Assembly: GCA_002269645.1 (NCBI GenBank)
Contig: NIVC01001848.1
Span: forward strand, 1 to 64,000
Origin: Macrostomum lignano
Lineage: Eukaryota
Length of the DNA: 64,000 nucleotides
Reading direction: 5' to 3'
Part shown: one piece after another, positions 12,001 through 25,300 of the stretch
How positions within the stretch are numbered: the stretch's first letter is position 1
Layout: the number at the start of each line of letters is the position of its first letter
Notes under the pieces: generated by a model
What the model saw: the letters and a program-made list of their open reading frames with translations, nothing else
Told to the model about the DNA's origin: nothing
Database searches by the model: none
Made by a program: the position numbers and the translations under genes

Positions 12001-14118
12001 AATACATTACTGAAGTCAATAGGCTAAAAGAAATATAACATACCTCTTTGCACGATTCCAAGAAAAGGCCGTCACCGAGCTTCATAATATTGGCTTTGTG
12101 CACGGCGGTAACCCGTTTTCTACCATTCTTAACAGCATAGTCGAATGCAAATTTAGCAATCCGTTCGCTATTCTTTCTGGTGACAATTTTTAGTGATTCA
12201 ACCACGCCAGGCACCGTCTCGTGCTCCAGTGCGCTATACTCGCCCTCGGTCTGCTCCCGTATGATGACTAAATTGATGCTCTTGTGCCGGCTAGTGATGC
12301 CGGGCATAGAGCGGACATTCACGCAGCTGGCAAACATGTCGAGCTTGCGGCGCAGTCGCATGCTGCTGCTAGCCAGGTCTGAGCCATAGGTCGGGTGAGA
12401 CATTATACCCATTAGGGCAACCTTATTGCGTTGAATAGACTCCATTAGGGTGTCAAGCGGCTGGCTTAAACTGCGATTCACGTCGCTAACGTACACCTGC
12501 TCGTAGGCGAGCGGGGCGCCGGCTGCCTTTAGTACCTGATTAAATAGTGTGATTAATAAAATGAGTAAGGCTACACCATTACGATAAGTAGATATAATTC
12601 TGATTCGAAAAAGCAGTGATTAGTAAATGCATCAATTTCTACCGATATTTATACGACTTCTAAGAAAGAATGCAAAACTATACTTTTTGAAATATTTACA
12701 TAGATTTTATAAAATATATATAGTGTTTAACTAGGGGGGCCGTAGCCCAGCGGTAGCGCAGCTGCTCTGGTGTGCCAGCGACCCAGGCTCGATTCCAAGT
12801 GCAGCCACATTAATTTGGGGCTGAATTGGAATTTCGGCTTGGCTCGCTTGTGCAATTAACGGCCTTGAGAGCCAACCCTCCAAGGCGCAGTGAAGTGTAC
12901 ATGCCTAACGATAATATAAAGTTAGGGCCGCTGTACACTCCTGTGTGAGTGTGTGCCTGCGTAACGTATCCGCGCGCTTGTATGCCTGCTCAGGGGAGTC
13001 GGCGGAATGGGCAGCAATGCCTCTCGCCGGTTGTGTGCAAATGACGCTTAAATTGCGCCAGGGTGCACACAACCCCACTGCCTCTAATAAAAAAAAAAGT
13101 ATTTAACTCGTAAAATGGTGTTTACATTTTACATCTGTGTATTTGTTATCTTATTTTACACGCTTTATTTGTAGCTTAATAATTTGGGCTTTACCTTGCT
13201 TTGCTTTACATAAACTTCTTTATTTTTAATGCTAACTATACTAAAAAATTAAGACAGTAAAAACGGAATGAAGCTACAATTTTATTCGACGGCATCGAGT
13301 GACATAGAGAGCCACTTAGGACCAATAATAACAATAATAATTTATTACACCTGCCTCAATTGGGCCATATGTGCAACCGACAGCTCAGCCGCAGCTATTG
13401 CGCGGCGCATCTGAAGGCTGCGTACGGCTGTTCAGTCCAAGGACTGGGGGGTCGCCACACAGCCTCAATTACCCCAGCTAATGCTGGCACCCATTTTACA
13501 GCTGGGTGAACTGAAGCAATGCAGAGTTAAGTGTCTTGCTCAAGGACACAAATTGTTCCAGTGGGAACGGAATCGAACCCCGACCTTCAAGTCGTAAGTC
13601 CGACGCTCTTAGCACTAGGCTACAACCCCTAAAGGACCAAACACAATCTCTGAACTTATTTAATCAATTCAAAAGTGCAATAAAGAAAAAAAAATTTAAA
13701 ACATATTCACCCCACCCTTTACAACTTCCGAGGCTCACTAAATCTGACCCATAAACATGCACAAGTCTGCAGATTCCATGTTAACAGATTACTCAAATTT
13801 GACAATTGATAGAAGTCTTAAAATCCAAAGAATCCAGATAATTACAAAACTATTAAAACCTCAAATAAAGAAGTGGATTTATAAATTATAGAAAGTTATG
13901 GAACTTAAGGAACAAAAATTAAATGACATCCAGTTGGAAAAAAACTTGCTAATGCTAACCTGCTTTGTAGCGTCCAACAGTTCAGGGAAGACGCCATCTC
14001 CGGGCACCACTGTCACAGTTTGTTGCAATGGCGTACTGTTTGGCACTGCAGCAGCAGACTGGGAAGAGAGGCCACGATAGGCCAATGGTGCTAAGCGTCT
14101 CAACTGAGGCAATAGCAT
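9097..14118 (-). CDS. IDH3B: NAD-dependent isocitrate dehydrogenase 3 beta subunit (363 aa)
   Basis: Exons 14118-13960, 12535-12044 and 9537-9097, all phase 0. Motifs [54 protein letters not shown] and RHPFAQAVG (beta-type). Confidence 0.93.
9622..11952. repeat. 2.3-kb 22/33-bp minisatellite filling IDH3B intron 2
   Basis: Units ctcactgaaggggatagcggct (22 bp) and ctcactaaaggaccactgaaggggatagcggct (33 bp), arranged in blocks. Confidence 0.97.
12733..13098 (+). mobile_element. tRNA-derived SINE with poly(A) tail (family also at about 240-370, 23800-23980, 29830-29915)
   Basis: A-box-like TAGCCCAGCGG and B-box-like GGCTCGATTCC; aataaaaaaaaaa tail; candidate TSD agtgtttaact/agtatttaact; shared gggccgctgtacac body in the other copies. 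Confidence 0.7.
13325..13628 (-). mobile_element. CORE-type tRNA-derived SINE
   Basis: Minus-strand head GTAGCCTAGTGCTAAGAGCG...GGGTTCGATTCC, then GTGTCCTTGAGCAAGACACTTAAC...CACCCAGCTGTAAAATGGGT (MIR/CORE-like) and a TTA-rich tail. Confidence 0.75.
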
Positions 14119-16164
14119 GCTTTTGCAGAGAGCTGTGGACAAGCAAATTTACAGTTTTAGATACTTTAGAAATAAATCAGTATCTTAATATTGAGACCAG
14201 TCCTAGTAAATACTGAAAACATAATTAGGAATAGGTCTAAAACACTTTCATATTAAATCAAAGTCATATTAAACAACAAACATGCACAATTTGAACAAGT
14301 GCCTGGTAAAGGCACTACTAAGATTTTGAAATTGCAAACTTGTATTGCAAAATGTGCTTTGCTTATCCATATTGCAACAATTGCTTTAGTATGCCAAGAT
14401 ACTTACATTACCTATACCCCAATAGACTAGGAAAGATATCATTTGGCTATTACTAGGCTTGATTTATACCAAGTGCTGTTTACCAATTTGACACAGTGCT
14501 GACACAGTGAGAAGGCATGGATACCTATTCCACTAATCCTTGAACAGTTGGCACATTGCTATAGACAAAGGGTTGGCACTACCCAGGGAGGTACCCCAGT
14601 ATTGCCAATAGCTATTATCTATAGTCAGCTAAACTGCTATGTTTAAGGCTTTTAGGCTATCCTTAAAAAGGCATAGTAACGATAATGATTTGTTCACTAC
14701 CTGACTGGGCAATAGACCAAAAGAACCCTCAAGGCTGGCCTAACACTAGGAAAGGGATTGCTAGCAACTGGACTACTCCCTAGCCTTCTTACTTTCTAGC
14801 CCATTGGTGCATAGTTAAACAGCTCAGGTATAAAAGGGTACATTAAGTAGTACCATAGCCTATAGATTGGTAAACTAGACTAGCATATCTAAGTTTGACA
14901 AAAGCCACTAGATAAATAGCCAGCATTGGAGGCTAGAGCCTAGTCTGTCTAATAGCCCTAGGGTCTGCCACTTTGCCTTGAACACTTGCAAGGATGAGTA
15001 TAATTAAAGATAAGGCAAATAAGGGGTATAAACTTTTTATTGGCCTTAACTTGCTCAAGATATAGGCAAGCATGAAACATTGCAGATGTTAGCCTATAGG
15101 CCTAGTTTATCTTATATTTCACTACCATGCCAAATACCCCCTTGCAAGCATTGTTTTCTAAGACCAAAATATTTACATGTTTTAATTAGGTTGCTTATTT
15201 ATTTAAGAAATATTTTGTATAATTATATAAATTTATATCTAACACATTTCTATGCCAAAATATATTCTTTAGCTTTTTATATCTTGTTTTAGATAAAAAT
15301 AAGTCTAATAATATAACTAGAATAGATGATATATTTAAAATAATGCTTGCAAAAGTCAACCTTAGGCTTAGGCTTAAATGCATATAAGACTAAAAAGACT
15401 AGAGAAAAATAGTTATTCTAATTTCTTTTTTTCTTATATTAAGCATAAGTTACTATGATAGAATTTTTATGCAAAATCCTAGATACATTCTTGGGCATAC
15501 AAATTGTTGATAAACTTATGCAGTTATCTAGATATTTTGTGAAAATCTTATGCAGTGCAACAAGAAAACTAGAAGTAGCATTTGAAAAAGTTTATAATCT
15601 ACTTGTGATACATAAAATAACATTCTTGGTTATAAGAGGCTATTGGCTCCCAAAAAGGTATTTGGCCACATATTGGCCAAGGTATCAAAACCACATAAAA
15701 AGGTTGGCTATCATATAGAATTGTTCATTAAATTATTTTTTGCTTGAATTCAATTCCCTTCTATTTTTCAAGTACAAAAACATAAAACAAATAAATTAAT
15801 TAATAGCTTAATATATACTAGCAACAAAATTGTTTGTTATAGTCAATTGCCACATTACAACACAAAGGTACTATTTTAATGTTAGATAATAGTATGACTA
15901 GGTAATTTTATTTAGCATAAGTCTATATAAGATTTAAATTTACACATTGATATGTCAGGAATTATTAAAATAGTATGTTTTGTATGCACAAAGCATGAAA
16001 ATATGCCTATGGTCAAAAGGCTAAGATATTATAAAGGGACCTTTAAAGGGAGACGCATTTGAAATTGAAAAATCAGCTATTAAGCTATCAATACTAGAAT
16101 TCAAGTTCAGCTATTGCTTTAATTTTCTGAATTTGGACTACTATTCTCTAAATAGACGCATAAC

Positions 16165-16899
16165 TAGGGTGCGGACCAATTTGGCAACAAACAAATTTAG
16201 CAACAAACAAATTTGCCAATAGAAATTCACAATGGACCAATTTAGTAAAAGCAAATTTAGTGACAATTAAGAAAGGAAAAAATTGTTTATAATTTAGATA
16301 ATTCTTTTAGTACAAAAGATGGTGTTTTTCAATGCATATTAGTTCTCCCTTTTAATAGTTTGTTTTACCTATCATTTATCCTTGTGAGTTTTAAAAGTCC
16401 TTTCCAAGAAATGTTTTGAGCAGCTTCATAATAAGCAAAAACCTTTGAGACTAGGAAAAAATAAGAAAAATGATTTTCTTGTATGCCTAATAAGGTCCTT
16501 CCATTGGTTATAATGTTAGGAAAAGGGATTCACAAAGTTATGCCATGCAAAGAAAAATGACAAAATTAAAAAATGTCAAGTGGTCTCTATATATCACCAT
16601 ATTCTTAAATATACGGGATGTCCAATTTAACATACTTTTTGGTTATTTTAACAGGCTTATATGGCTAATATTTTATATTTATAAACTTTTTCAAGCATTT
16701 TAAGAAAGCCTTTATTATATGTAATTTGCTTTAACTTGTCTTTAGCTATAAAAAGATACATAGTTAAATTTGCCAAGATTGTTGCTGAATTTGCTTTTGC
16801 CAAATTTGTCTGTGCTAAATTTCTATTGCCAAATTTGTTTGTTGCTGAATTTGCATACATCTGGAGAACCAATGGCCTCCAATTGGATTGTGCCACCTA
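16165..16899. mobile_element. Decayed foldback-like element with inverted aaatttg(c/g)caa repeat arms
   Basis: The caaatttagcaacaaacaaatttgcc block near 16180-16270 is mirrored at 16765-16860. No TSD seen. Confidence 0.5.
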
Positions 16900-17216
16900 T
16901 AAAGATAGATATAGTCAGCTTTAGTGGCAATTGACTACATAAGAGGCAATTTTGCTGCCAGTACTATGTTAAACTGTTATTTTATTTATTTGTTTTATAT
17001 TTTGGACTCTAAAAATAAAAAGAAGAAGAAAAGAAAAGAAGAAAAAGAAGAAAAGAAAAGAAGAAAAAGAAGAAAAGGTCAAGAAAAAATAATTTAACAA
17101 TCATTCAATCAATATTATAATAGGATAGCCAAAAGATCTTTCAATGTTGAAACCACACATAAAAAATTGCCATGCAGAGATTTTTTCTAGATAAGTTAAA
17201 ATAACAGCTTATTAAG

Positions 17217-17603
17217 TAGGGGTCGGACGAGATCCCAATCCTGATCCCAAAAACTTGGGATCCCAAAGAAAATCAAGATCCCGATCCCGACAACTTTAAT
17301 TTCGGGAATAGGGATAGGCTAATGTCTTTTTGTTTTTTTCTGCAAAGTAGAAGTTTTTGCCATAGTCATTTTACTAGAGATATTTAAGTGAAACAAATTG
17401 TTTAAACTATTGTTTCATATATAACAATATACAATATACATGTATTTATGATATGGATGGACTTTGGGTATGGTATTTGTATCCATATGGAGTTCATTTG
17501 CCCCTATCCCGAATCCTGATTCCTGATCCCAATCCCAATCCCAATTTTTTTTTCAATCCCAATCCCAACCGATCTCGAAAATTTTGATCCCGTCCGACCC
17601 CTA
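17217..17603. mobile_element. hAT-type MITE
   Basis: TIR taggggtcggacg(a/g)gatc; exact 8-bp TSD ttattaag (17209-17216 and 17604-17611); internal atcccaatcc repeats. Confidence 0.85.
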
Positions 17604-18599
17604 TTATTAAGCTATTAGCTAAAAAATTGACAATGAGAATTTTCTCAAAATTTTAAATTTATCAACATAAATTAAAAGTAAAAAGATTGGTAAAAAATTA
17701 AAAACTTGCTATTTTGCCATTAGCTTTATATTTTACAATGACTTTTTATGTTATTGTTACCATTTTTGTCAATTTTATAGTTTAAAAAAACTTTTTTAAT
17801 AAGGTTTATATAGTAATATAGTTTGCTATGATCTATTAGAAAAAACTGGCCCACTATACTATTCTACTTTTATTCCAATTTGCCTTATACATGTGCATAT
17901 ATTGGCATACAAGCATATTACAAAAGTCAAGACCTTTTCTAAAGTAAAAAATTAGGATTAGGGATTGGTAAACTAGAGTATTAAAATTATTTTTTTTAAG
18001 ATTTTAATCTCAACTTTTAAAAAGATTTTGAAATTAATACAACAAGTATTATTACTATTATATTATAGTAATAATAATATAATAATATAATAATATAATA
18101 ATATAATGTATAATTTATATGCATTTTTTAACATTTTAAAAATTAGTAGCCGATTTTTAACTAAGAAATAAGATAAATTTCTGAAGTTTGGTTAATTTTC
18201 TAAGACTAAGTTATTGATTTAAAAGCCTACTTTAAATAAAGATCTCTTAAAGTCAAAATTCTGAAATCTTTTGATGTCAACAAATAAGGTCTATGTCAGC
18301 ACATTCAGTCAACACAAGTAAAAATTCAGAACTAGATCCAAGAGAACAAAGGTGAGGAGTGAGGACGACTTGAAGTCAAGTAGGCCTATCGTTTATTAAG
18401 TGGTAATGCTAAGACTGCTAGTGCCTGCCCTCGCCTCGCCTAAATTAGGTGCAGTACTCAAGTAGTTTTAAGAAAAAAGCATTACACAAGAGATCACACA
18501 AACGTTATCCTTCTCGAAAATAAAAAAGTAGAAGATTTAAACCTAGGCCTAGCTAGTACGTTACTTGAAGAAATTTCCACTAATATTAACTTGCCAGAT

Positions 18600-19346
18600 T
18601 GCTGTTCTTCACAATTATCAATTACAGAACCAGAATCAGTTCGGATCTTCCAAGAAAAACAGCAGTATAACTATTTAACTCTGTTAATATTTGACTGCCT
18701 TAACAGCCTCACTTCGCAAAATTTTCACTTTCTTCTTGGCGATTTTTATTCAATAATTAAGAGTTTATAGCAAGCATATCCCTCTAGTTAAGGAGACAAA
18801 AAGTTATACTTTATTCTAGAACCAGAAAAATTGCAATATGAAGAGCCATGTAGGGGCACCAGCATTGAGAAATTATTAATTTAAACCGAAAACTCTTATA
18901 CTTTTAAAAACAATTTATTCAGCAATTTTTACTTTTTAACAACTTTTAATCTGAAAAACTATTATTCCTTATCTTCTGAATATTACTCAGTAAACAAATT
19001 GGAGAGCGTTGTTATAGTTTAGGCTTAATTGAAGGTCAAAAAATCAAAATTTAAAATTATCACCTCGCGAAGTCTAATTAAATGAGGCTCTTCACGGCAA
19101 TCGATTCCAGAACCAGAATCGGTTCGGATTTCCAAGAAAAAAAGCAGTATAACTTTTTAACTTTGTTGAATGTTTGACTGCCTTAACAGCCTCACTCTGC
19201 ACAATTTTTCACTTTCTTCTTGGCTATTGCCATCCAATAATCACAATTTTAAAGCACTAAAATCCCTCTAGTTTAGGAGACAAAAAGTTATACTTTACAA
19301 ATTGGTTCTGGTTCTAGAACCAGAACAAGCAATATGAAGAGCCTCA
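18600..19346. repeat. Two related copies of an approximately 260-bp element
   Basis: 18600-18850 resembles 19082-19346. The second copy is bounded by gaggctcttca ... tgaagagcctc. Confidence 0.65.
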
Positions 19347-20053
19347 ATCTCGCGACATTTAAACTTTTTTCCTAATGTCAAAATCTACGTTTTATAAAAT
19401 ATCATTGGGATGTTCAGATGCAAAGTTTGACACTTGAGCAAAAAAGGTACAAATTGCAACCAGGTGGCTTGGCCTTACAAATAGATTTACAGTAGGCCCT
19501 ATCACTTGGCCTAGCCGCCCTAGCGCCTAGCTAGCTTCTAGCTATAAGTATATTTCATGAGTTTAAACATTTTCAAGTATAAATTGGCAAGTTGGTTTGT
19601 CCAAATTTTCTCAGAAGTATTTTCTAATTAAGTAATTTATCTAAGTAAGTTTTTATTATATAGAATAAAAATATACCTAGATAGATATCTCTAGGTATCA
19701 TATGTCTCTAAGTATTAAAACAGAAACCATTTTTAGTATACTAGGGCCTAGTAGGCCTAATAGGGCATTCATTCATTTTACAATCCCTGAGCAGGTCAAG
19801 TTTCGTCTTACAATCCCCATTAAAAAAGAGTCAAAAAGACACTCTAGTTTATCAAAAAAATATGTTTCACATTTTTTCCAAGAATAAAATCATTGCAACT
19901 CACTTTCCAATCAACCTAATTCATCACTGCAACTCACTTTTCAGTCAACTTGAGGATGGTGGGCATAGCATTAGTTATAAAAACATGTAGCTTATATTCA
20001 CTTTCATCATATGGTCATTTAAATGGTAAAGTTATATAGATAATTGTAAGACA

Positions 20054-20508
20054 GAACCAAAAGAGCTTGTAGGTTTTGAATTACAATCACCGCATTGGTG
20101 ATTGATACAAATTGCTATATCAATCTCCATCAATGATCTATAGGGTTGGGTTCAAGAATGAAATTGTATTCATCATTATAAGATTTACAAGTGCTACCCC
20201 CTTCCCCCCCTCACTTTTGTCATACCTTTCAATCCCCCTCAGTTCATTGGACCTGTGTTATACCAAGGAGTGATTGTATAACGAAAGTGATGGGGGTATG
20301 GGGCAGTGGCGGCACCCGAAAAGGCATGCAAAAAGAGCCAAGTCGGGGTGGCTTTTGGTTCGTGGACATATTCGAGGCTGCAATCAATTGTTTGGTTGAA
20401 ACATCTATTATAGCAACAATTTCCTATCATTTTGTCATACAATCCCTCCAATACAATTTTACAATTGGTATTATCGTAAGTCAAAATCTACAAGCTCTTT
20501 TGGTTTCA
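20054..20508. mobile_element. MITE-like element with about 30-bp imperfect inverted ends
   Basis: gaaccaaaagagcttgtaggttttgaattac versus gtaagtcaaaatctacaagctcttttggtttc. Confidence 0.55.
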
Positions 20509-20809
20509 TCTTGCGATCATCTACATATAAATTCACCATTTAAGTGATTGCATAACAAAAGTGAATATAAGGACAGGCTTCTAACTTCTATAAGACACAA
20601 GATTTTATGTTAAAATGACATACTTAGAAGTGGTCCCATTTTGAAATTCGATTTTAAGAGTAATTTTCTGTTCTCTGTGGGGGGATCATATAATGAAAGT
20701 CCCAATTCCCATAGGGATAGTGCTAGGTCTAGCATAAATAGGCTTTTTTTCATAGTACACTTAGCATATTCAATGCAAAAGAAAAAATGAAAGCCTGCAA
20801 CTGGCATAT

Positions 20810-21892
20810 GGGTCATTCCACAAGAGGGTCCCATCATAATTTTGAACTTTAAGCACTTATAACTTTTGAACCATAATAAATAGAACAAATCTGCAAAAAG
20901 CAATGTGTCAAACTTTTAGTTTTACATTTTTCATATAGCTGCTTGTGAATTCTAAAACAACTAAACATATAGCAGAGCATAAACTATGCTAACAGTTGTT
21001 TGGTAATAAAAAACCAAGTAGTAATAAATAAAGGAAGTGCTTATCCCCATGGTCCCATACCAATAATTCCAATTATTCATATAGATCCATGTCAATAATT
21101 TCCAGCTTATCCCCATAGCAGCTTATTGAAATAGCTACCACCATTTAAGTCTATAGGCCATGTCAATAATTCCAATTTTATCCACATTGATCTGTGTCGA
21201 TAATTTCCAGCTTATCCCCATGGTAGCTTATTATAATAGCTGCCATTGCACCATTTAAGTCTTTAAGCTGTATCAATAATTCCAATTTTATCTACATAGA
21301 TCCATGTCAATAATTTTCAGCTTATCTCCATGGCTAGGATTGTGCAGTTGTTTGTGTTTAGTTTTGTGTATTGATGTTAAATCAATATTGTCTTTATTAT
21401 TAGTATTATTAATCATTATTATTACATTTTGAATTTTGAATTTTGCAAGTCTCATTCACCTCAATCTTAGGGTCATTTGGTCATTCTAAGTAAAGCCAGC
21501 AGCAAAGCAAATATTTAAAATTAACCCTTTTAATGGTGAAAAAGTTTTAACAAAGTTACTCAATACTATTTAGTATTCAATAGTTTATTTGAAATAGAAG
21601 ATTTGTGAAACAATGAAAAAAGACAGATTTTAACAGATTCATTTTAAGATTCTCTATTCCAATCTGCTGTGGGGATAAGCTGAAAATTATCAACATGGAT
21701 CTGTTGAATAAAATTAAAATTATCTGTATGGGACTGTGGGGATAAGCACTTCCATAAATCAAAGTAATAAATAAATATAGAACCAAAAGTTTCACATATA
21801 TTGCTTTTTGCAGAGTTGTTCTATCTATATGTTTTAAAAGTTACAAGTGCTTAAATTTCAAAAACATGATAGACACTCTTGTGGAATGACCC
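20810..21892. mobile_element. Non-autonomous TIR element with long (over 100 bp) imperfect TIRs and internal tandem repeats
   Basis: GGGTCATTCCACAAGAG ... CTCTTGTGGAATGACCC, flanked by TAT on both sides; internal tgtcaataattccaattttatc repeats. Confidence 0.75.
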
Positions 21893-22384
21893 TATGCATT
21901 AATATATATATAATTATTCATATTTGAAATTTTTCAATGAAAAGATTATGCTATTATTAATTTTATGCAAATTTTTGTCATTGCCTAAGCTAAAGATCAA
22001 GTGAAAAATATAAATTTTTGATGCAATTATATTCAAAATGCATAAATGTCAAAAAGCCTAATTGTTTTAGCCTACAAAAGTACTCAAATTAGGCCTACAC
22101 CTATTTAAAATATTAAAGACTTAAACCTTTAGCCCAGAATCTAATTAATAAGACTAAACCTCAGTGGCAATAGCTTGACCTTCTAGCTTCATTATCACTA
22201 TAGTATAAATATGATACCTTATATAAGTCAATGATGGCAAATATCTACTTGCTCTACTGCTCTAGGAATATGACTACTTTGCTTTTAGTGGTCATTTCTT
22301 GCCTTTAAATATCCACTTGGTTACTCTTTTTTTACTTGATACTAGCATAATTTTTTTTCAAGACCAAGAACAAGAAGGCGTTCT

Positions 22385-25300
22385 ATGAAGAAAGTAAAGT
22401 CTATTGAACTATGCCGAGTTTGCAATGACATGTAAGTCTCCAGCAATCAATAGTTTTAACTTAATTGTTTAGAGTAGTTACTGCTACTGAAGATATTTTT
22501 ACATAATTAAAATCTTTTGACTCTGTAGTTCAAGTGGCATTCACTATGGCATTGAGGCCTGCGAAGGCTGCAAAGGATTCTTTAAGCGCAGTATACAGAC
22601 ACCACGTGACTACAAATGCGCGAGGGAGGGCACCTGCGAGATCAACAAGACCAGTAGAAATGTCTGTCAGTATTGTCGACTGACAAAGTGCTTGAATGCC
22701 GGCATGGACAGGGACTGTAAGCAGATATTTTTGTAATTTTAAGTCTACTCATTTAGTTTAACACTAGATTTGTCAATCAGAGGTTGCACTGATGGGAGTG
22801 TTTCAACCAACGGGTGCACTGGATGGGGTGTTTCAACCAAAGGGTGCACTGGATGGGGTGTGTTTCAACCAAAGGGTGCACTGGATGGGGTGTGTTTCAA
22901 CCAAAGGGTGCACTGGATGGGGTGTGTTTCAACCAAAGGGTGCACTGGATGGGGGGTGTTTCAACCAACGGGTGCACTGAATGGGGTGTTTCAACCAAAG
23001 GGTGCACTGGATGGGGTGTGTTTCAACCAACGGGTGCACTGGATTGGGTGTGTTTCAACCAACGGGTGCACTGGATGGGGTGTGTTTCAACCAACGGGTG
23101 CACTGGATTGGGTGTGTTTCAACCAACGGGTGCACTGGATGGGGTGTGTTTCAACCAACGGGTGCACTGGATGGGGTGTGTTTCAACCAACGGGTGCACT
23201 GAATGGGGTGTGTTTCAACCAACGGGTGCACTGAATGGGGTGTGTTTCGACCAACGGGTGCCCTGGATTGGGTGTGTTTCAACCAACGGGTGCCCTGGAT
23301 TGGGTGTGTTTCAATTGTGTGATACAGATCCGCACAGAAACCAAGCCACTCCCCCGCAATCCCTAACCCAGTGGTCCGGCCCGATCGCACCCCCGGCAAT
23401 CGCCGGAAGCGGCCAAAGACGCCTCCAACGGACGGCGCCTGCCATTTCTCTGCTCCGCCGCCTTCGCAACGTCAGCGCCAGTCAGCTATGAACATCCCGC
23501 TGCCGCCTCAGCCGTTCAACTCTTCGCTCGCAGTTCCCGCTGGCAAAATGCAACTCCCCAAACTGACACATCATAAGCCGCCAATCGGCAATCATCAGTT
23601 GCAGCACCGGCGGCAGCACCAGCTTCCTCGCCATCAGCTTGGCGGCCGCGGCAATCAGCAGCAGCAGATGCCGCCGGATTTGGACATCAGCCAGTTGCCA
23701 TCATTTTCTGTTAGCGTAGCCGGATTTCATTCGCTAATACCTTCGTCGAAAAATACGCTGCAGTCGTGCAGTGGTGTGAGTACACAATGTACCAAAGTCT
23801 TGAAGCAAATCCCGTTATGTAAATGGTTTGCAGCAGGGCTGGCCATAGGCTATCGCTGGCTCTGTGATCCCTCTGTGTTTTGCAATTCACCCCCCCCCCC
23901 CCCCCCAGACACAAAGTGTATAAGCCTGACGATTAGAAAGTCACAAGCGCCGCTGTACACCCTGCGTGAGCGTGTTTGAATACAGTAGTGTACACTGGTA
24001 CGAGTATACGGACTAAGTCAACCAGCTTGTCAGCAAACAGACCTATCTCTAAGGTCTTAAAAGTCATTGCAAGCAACTATCTAGCGACTGTGGGGCGGCT
24101 CTTTTGACTTTTTAACGACCCAAAAGCGGTCACAAGAGCGTCACGTGAGTTACAGACTCGCGAAAGAGTCGTCCAAGAATTGTTGTGTTGGCGCTTAACT
24201 TTCGCAAGAGCTGCGACTCGAATTCATCAAGCGACGCAAGTGCGCTTCAAACACGACTCAGTGACTCTACAGCATCTCTAGCACGCCTCAAATTCGACTA
24301 TACGACCCCAAAGGGTCGCGCCCAGAGTCGTTTGAGAGTCGCAGACAGTGAAACGCTTGAAGAAAGTGACTGTTTTGCGTCTCTTTGACAACTGTTTGGC
24401 GACTTGTACCGCGAAATCCCGTCGTTTTAAAGTCGTTTCAAGAGTCTCTTTCCTATTTTACCTGTGTCGTCTGCAACGACTCTGGGGGTTGACGCAAGTG
24501 ACTCTGGGACGCTTCTCTTGGCCTAGATGCCGTTTTCATCGAGTCTGATGGCTATTCTGTGGTCAGCAATGCCCGGCTAGAAAGTCTGTAGAGCTGTGAC
24601 TCTTCAGACTGGCCTATCTATCTAGGAGAACTTGGCGAGTCAATGCTTCCAGGTTCCCACAACAAGCAAAAATTCGTCCATGCAGCAGCTTCTTCATCTT
24701 TGGAAAGATGGAAAAGTCAGCTGGTGACAAATCCAGAGAGGGCGTGGGTGTCAGAGCAGCTCAAAATTTGCCTGCTTGATCGTCTCCTCCGTTTTCTTGG
24801 CCGTGTGGGACGTAGATTGTGGGTTGTCATGGCGCAGAAGGTGTGGAGCCGCGGTACCCAGCGGGCCGAGATCTTTGACAGTTCCAACTCTGCAGTCACC
24901 GTGCGGTGTGGAACAGTGAACTTTGGACTGCCGAGCATGTCAGTCTGATCAATCTCACAAACTGTCAGTCTGGCATCGGTGTCAAGCAATTCCTGAATTT
25001 GTCGATGCCATTGCTGATGCCCTTGCTGATGCCATAAGTGTCAGAAGTGTGCAGCGCAGTGGTGACTATGTGGATAAGCCTCAGGACAATGTTAATGATT
25101 AACTTTTAACTGTTCTTTCCTCAGCTTTCATGCTGCGGATGTTTTATTGATTCGTTGAATGTTTCGTTGTTTCGTACATCAGGTACAAAGCTTCGGTCTA
25201 TGGCAATTTGTAAAAGTAGCACAGGGGGTGGGGCATAAAAATGCTCATATCTCAAGAATGCCAGCAGATACAGAAATAAACAGAAAGTAATTTTAACGGG

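Noticed and set aside
13540-13628. tRNA gene
   Set aside because: No complete acceptor stem, and it continues into a CORE-like body, so it is a SINE head. The same applies to 12733-12800.
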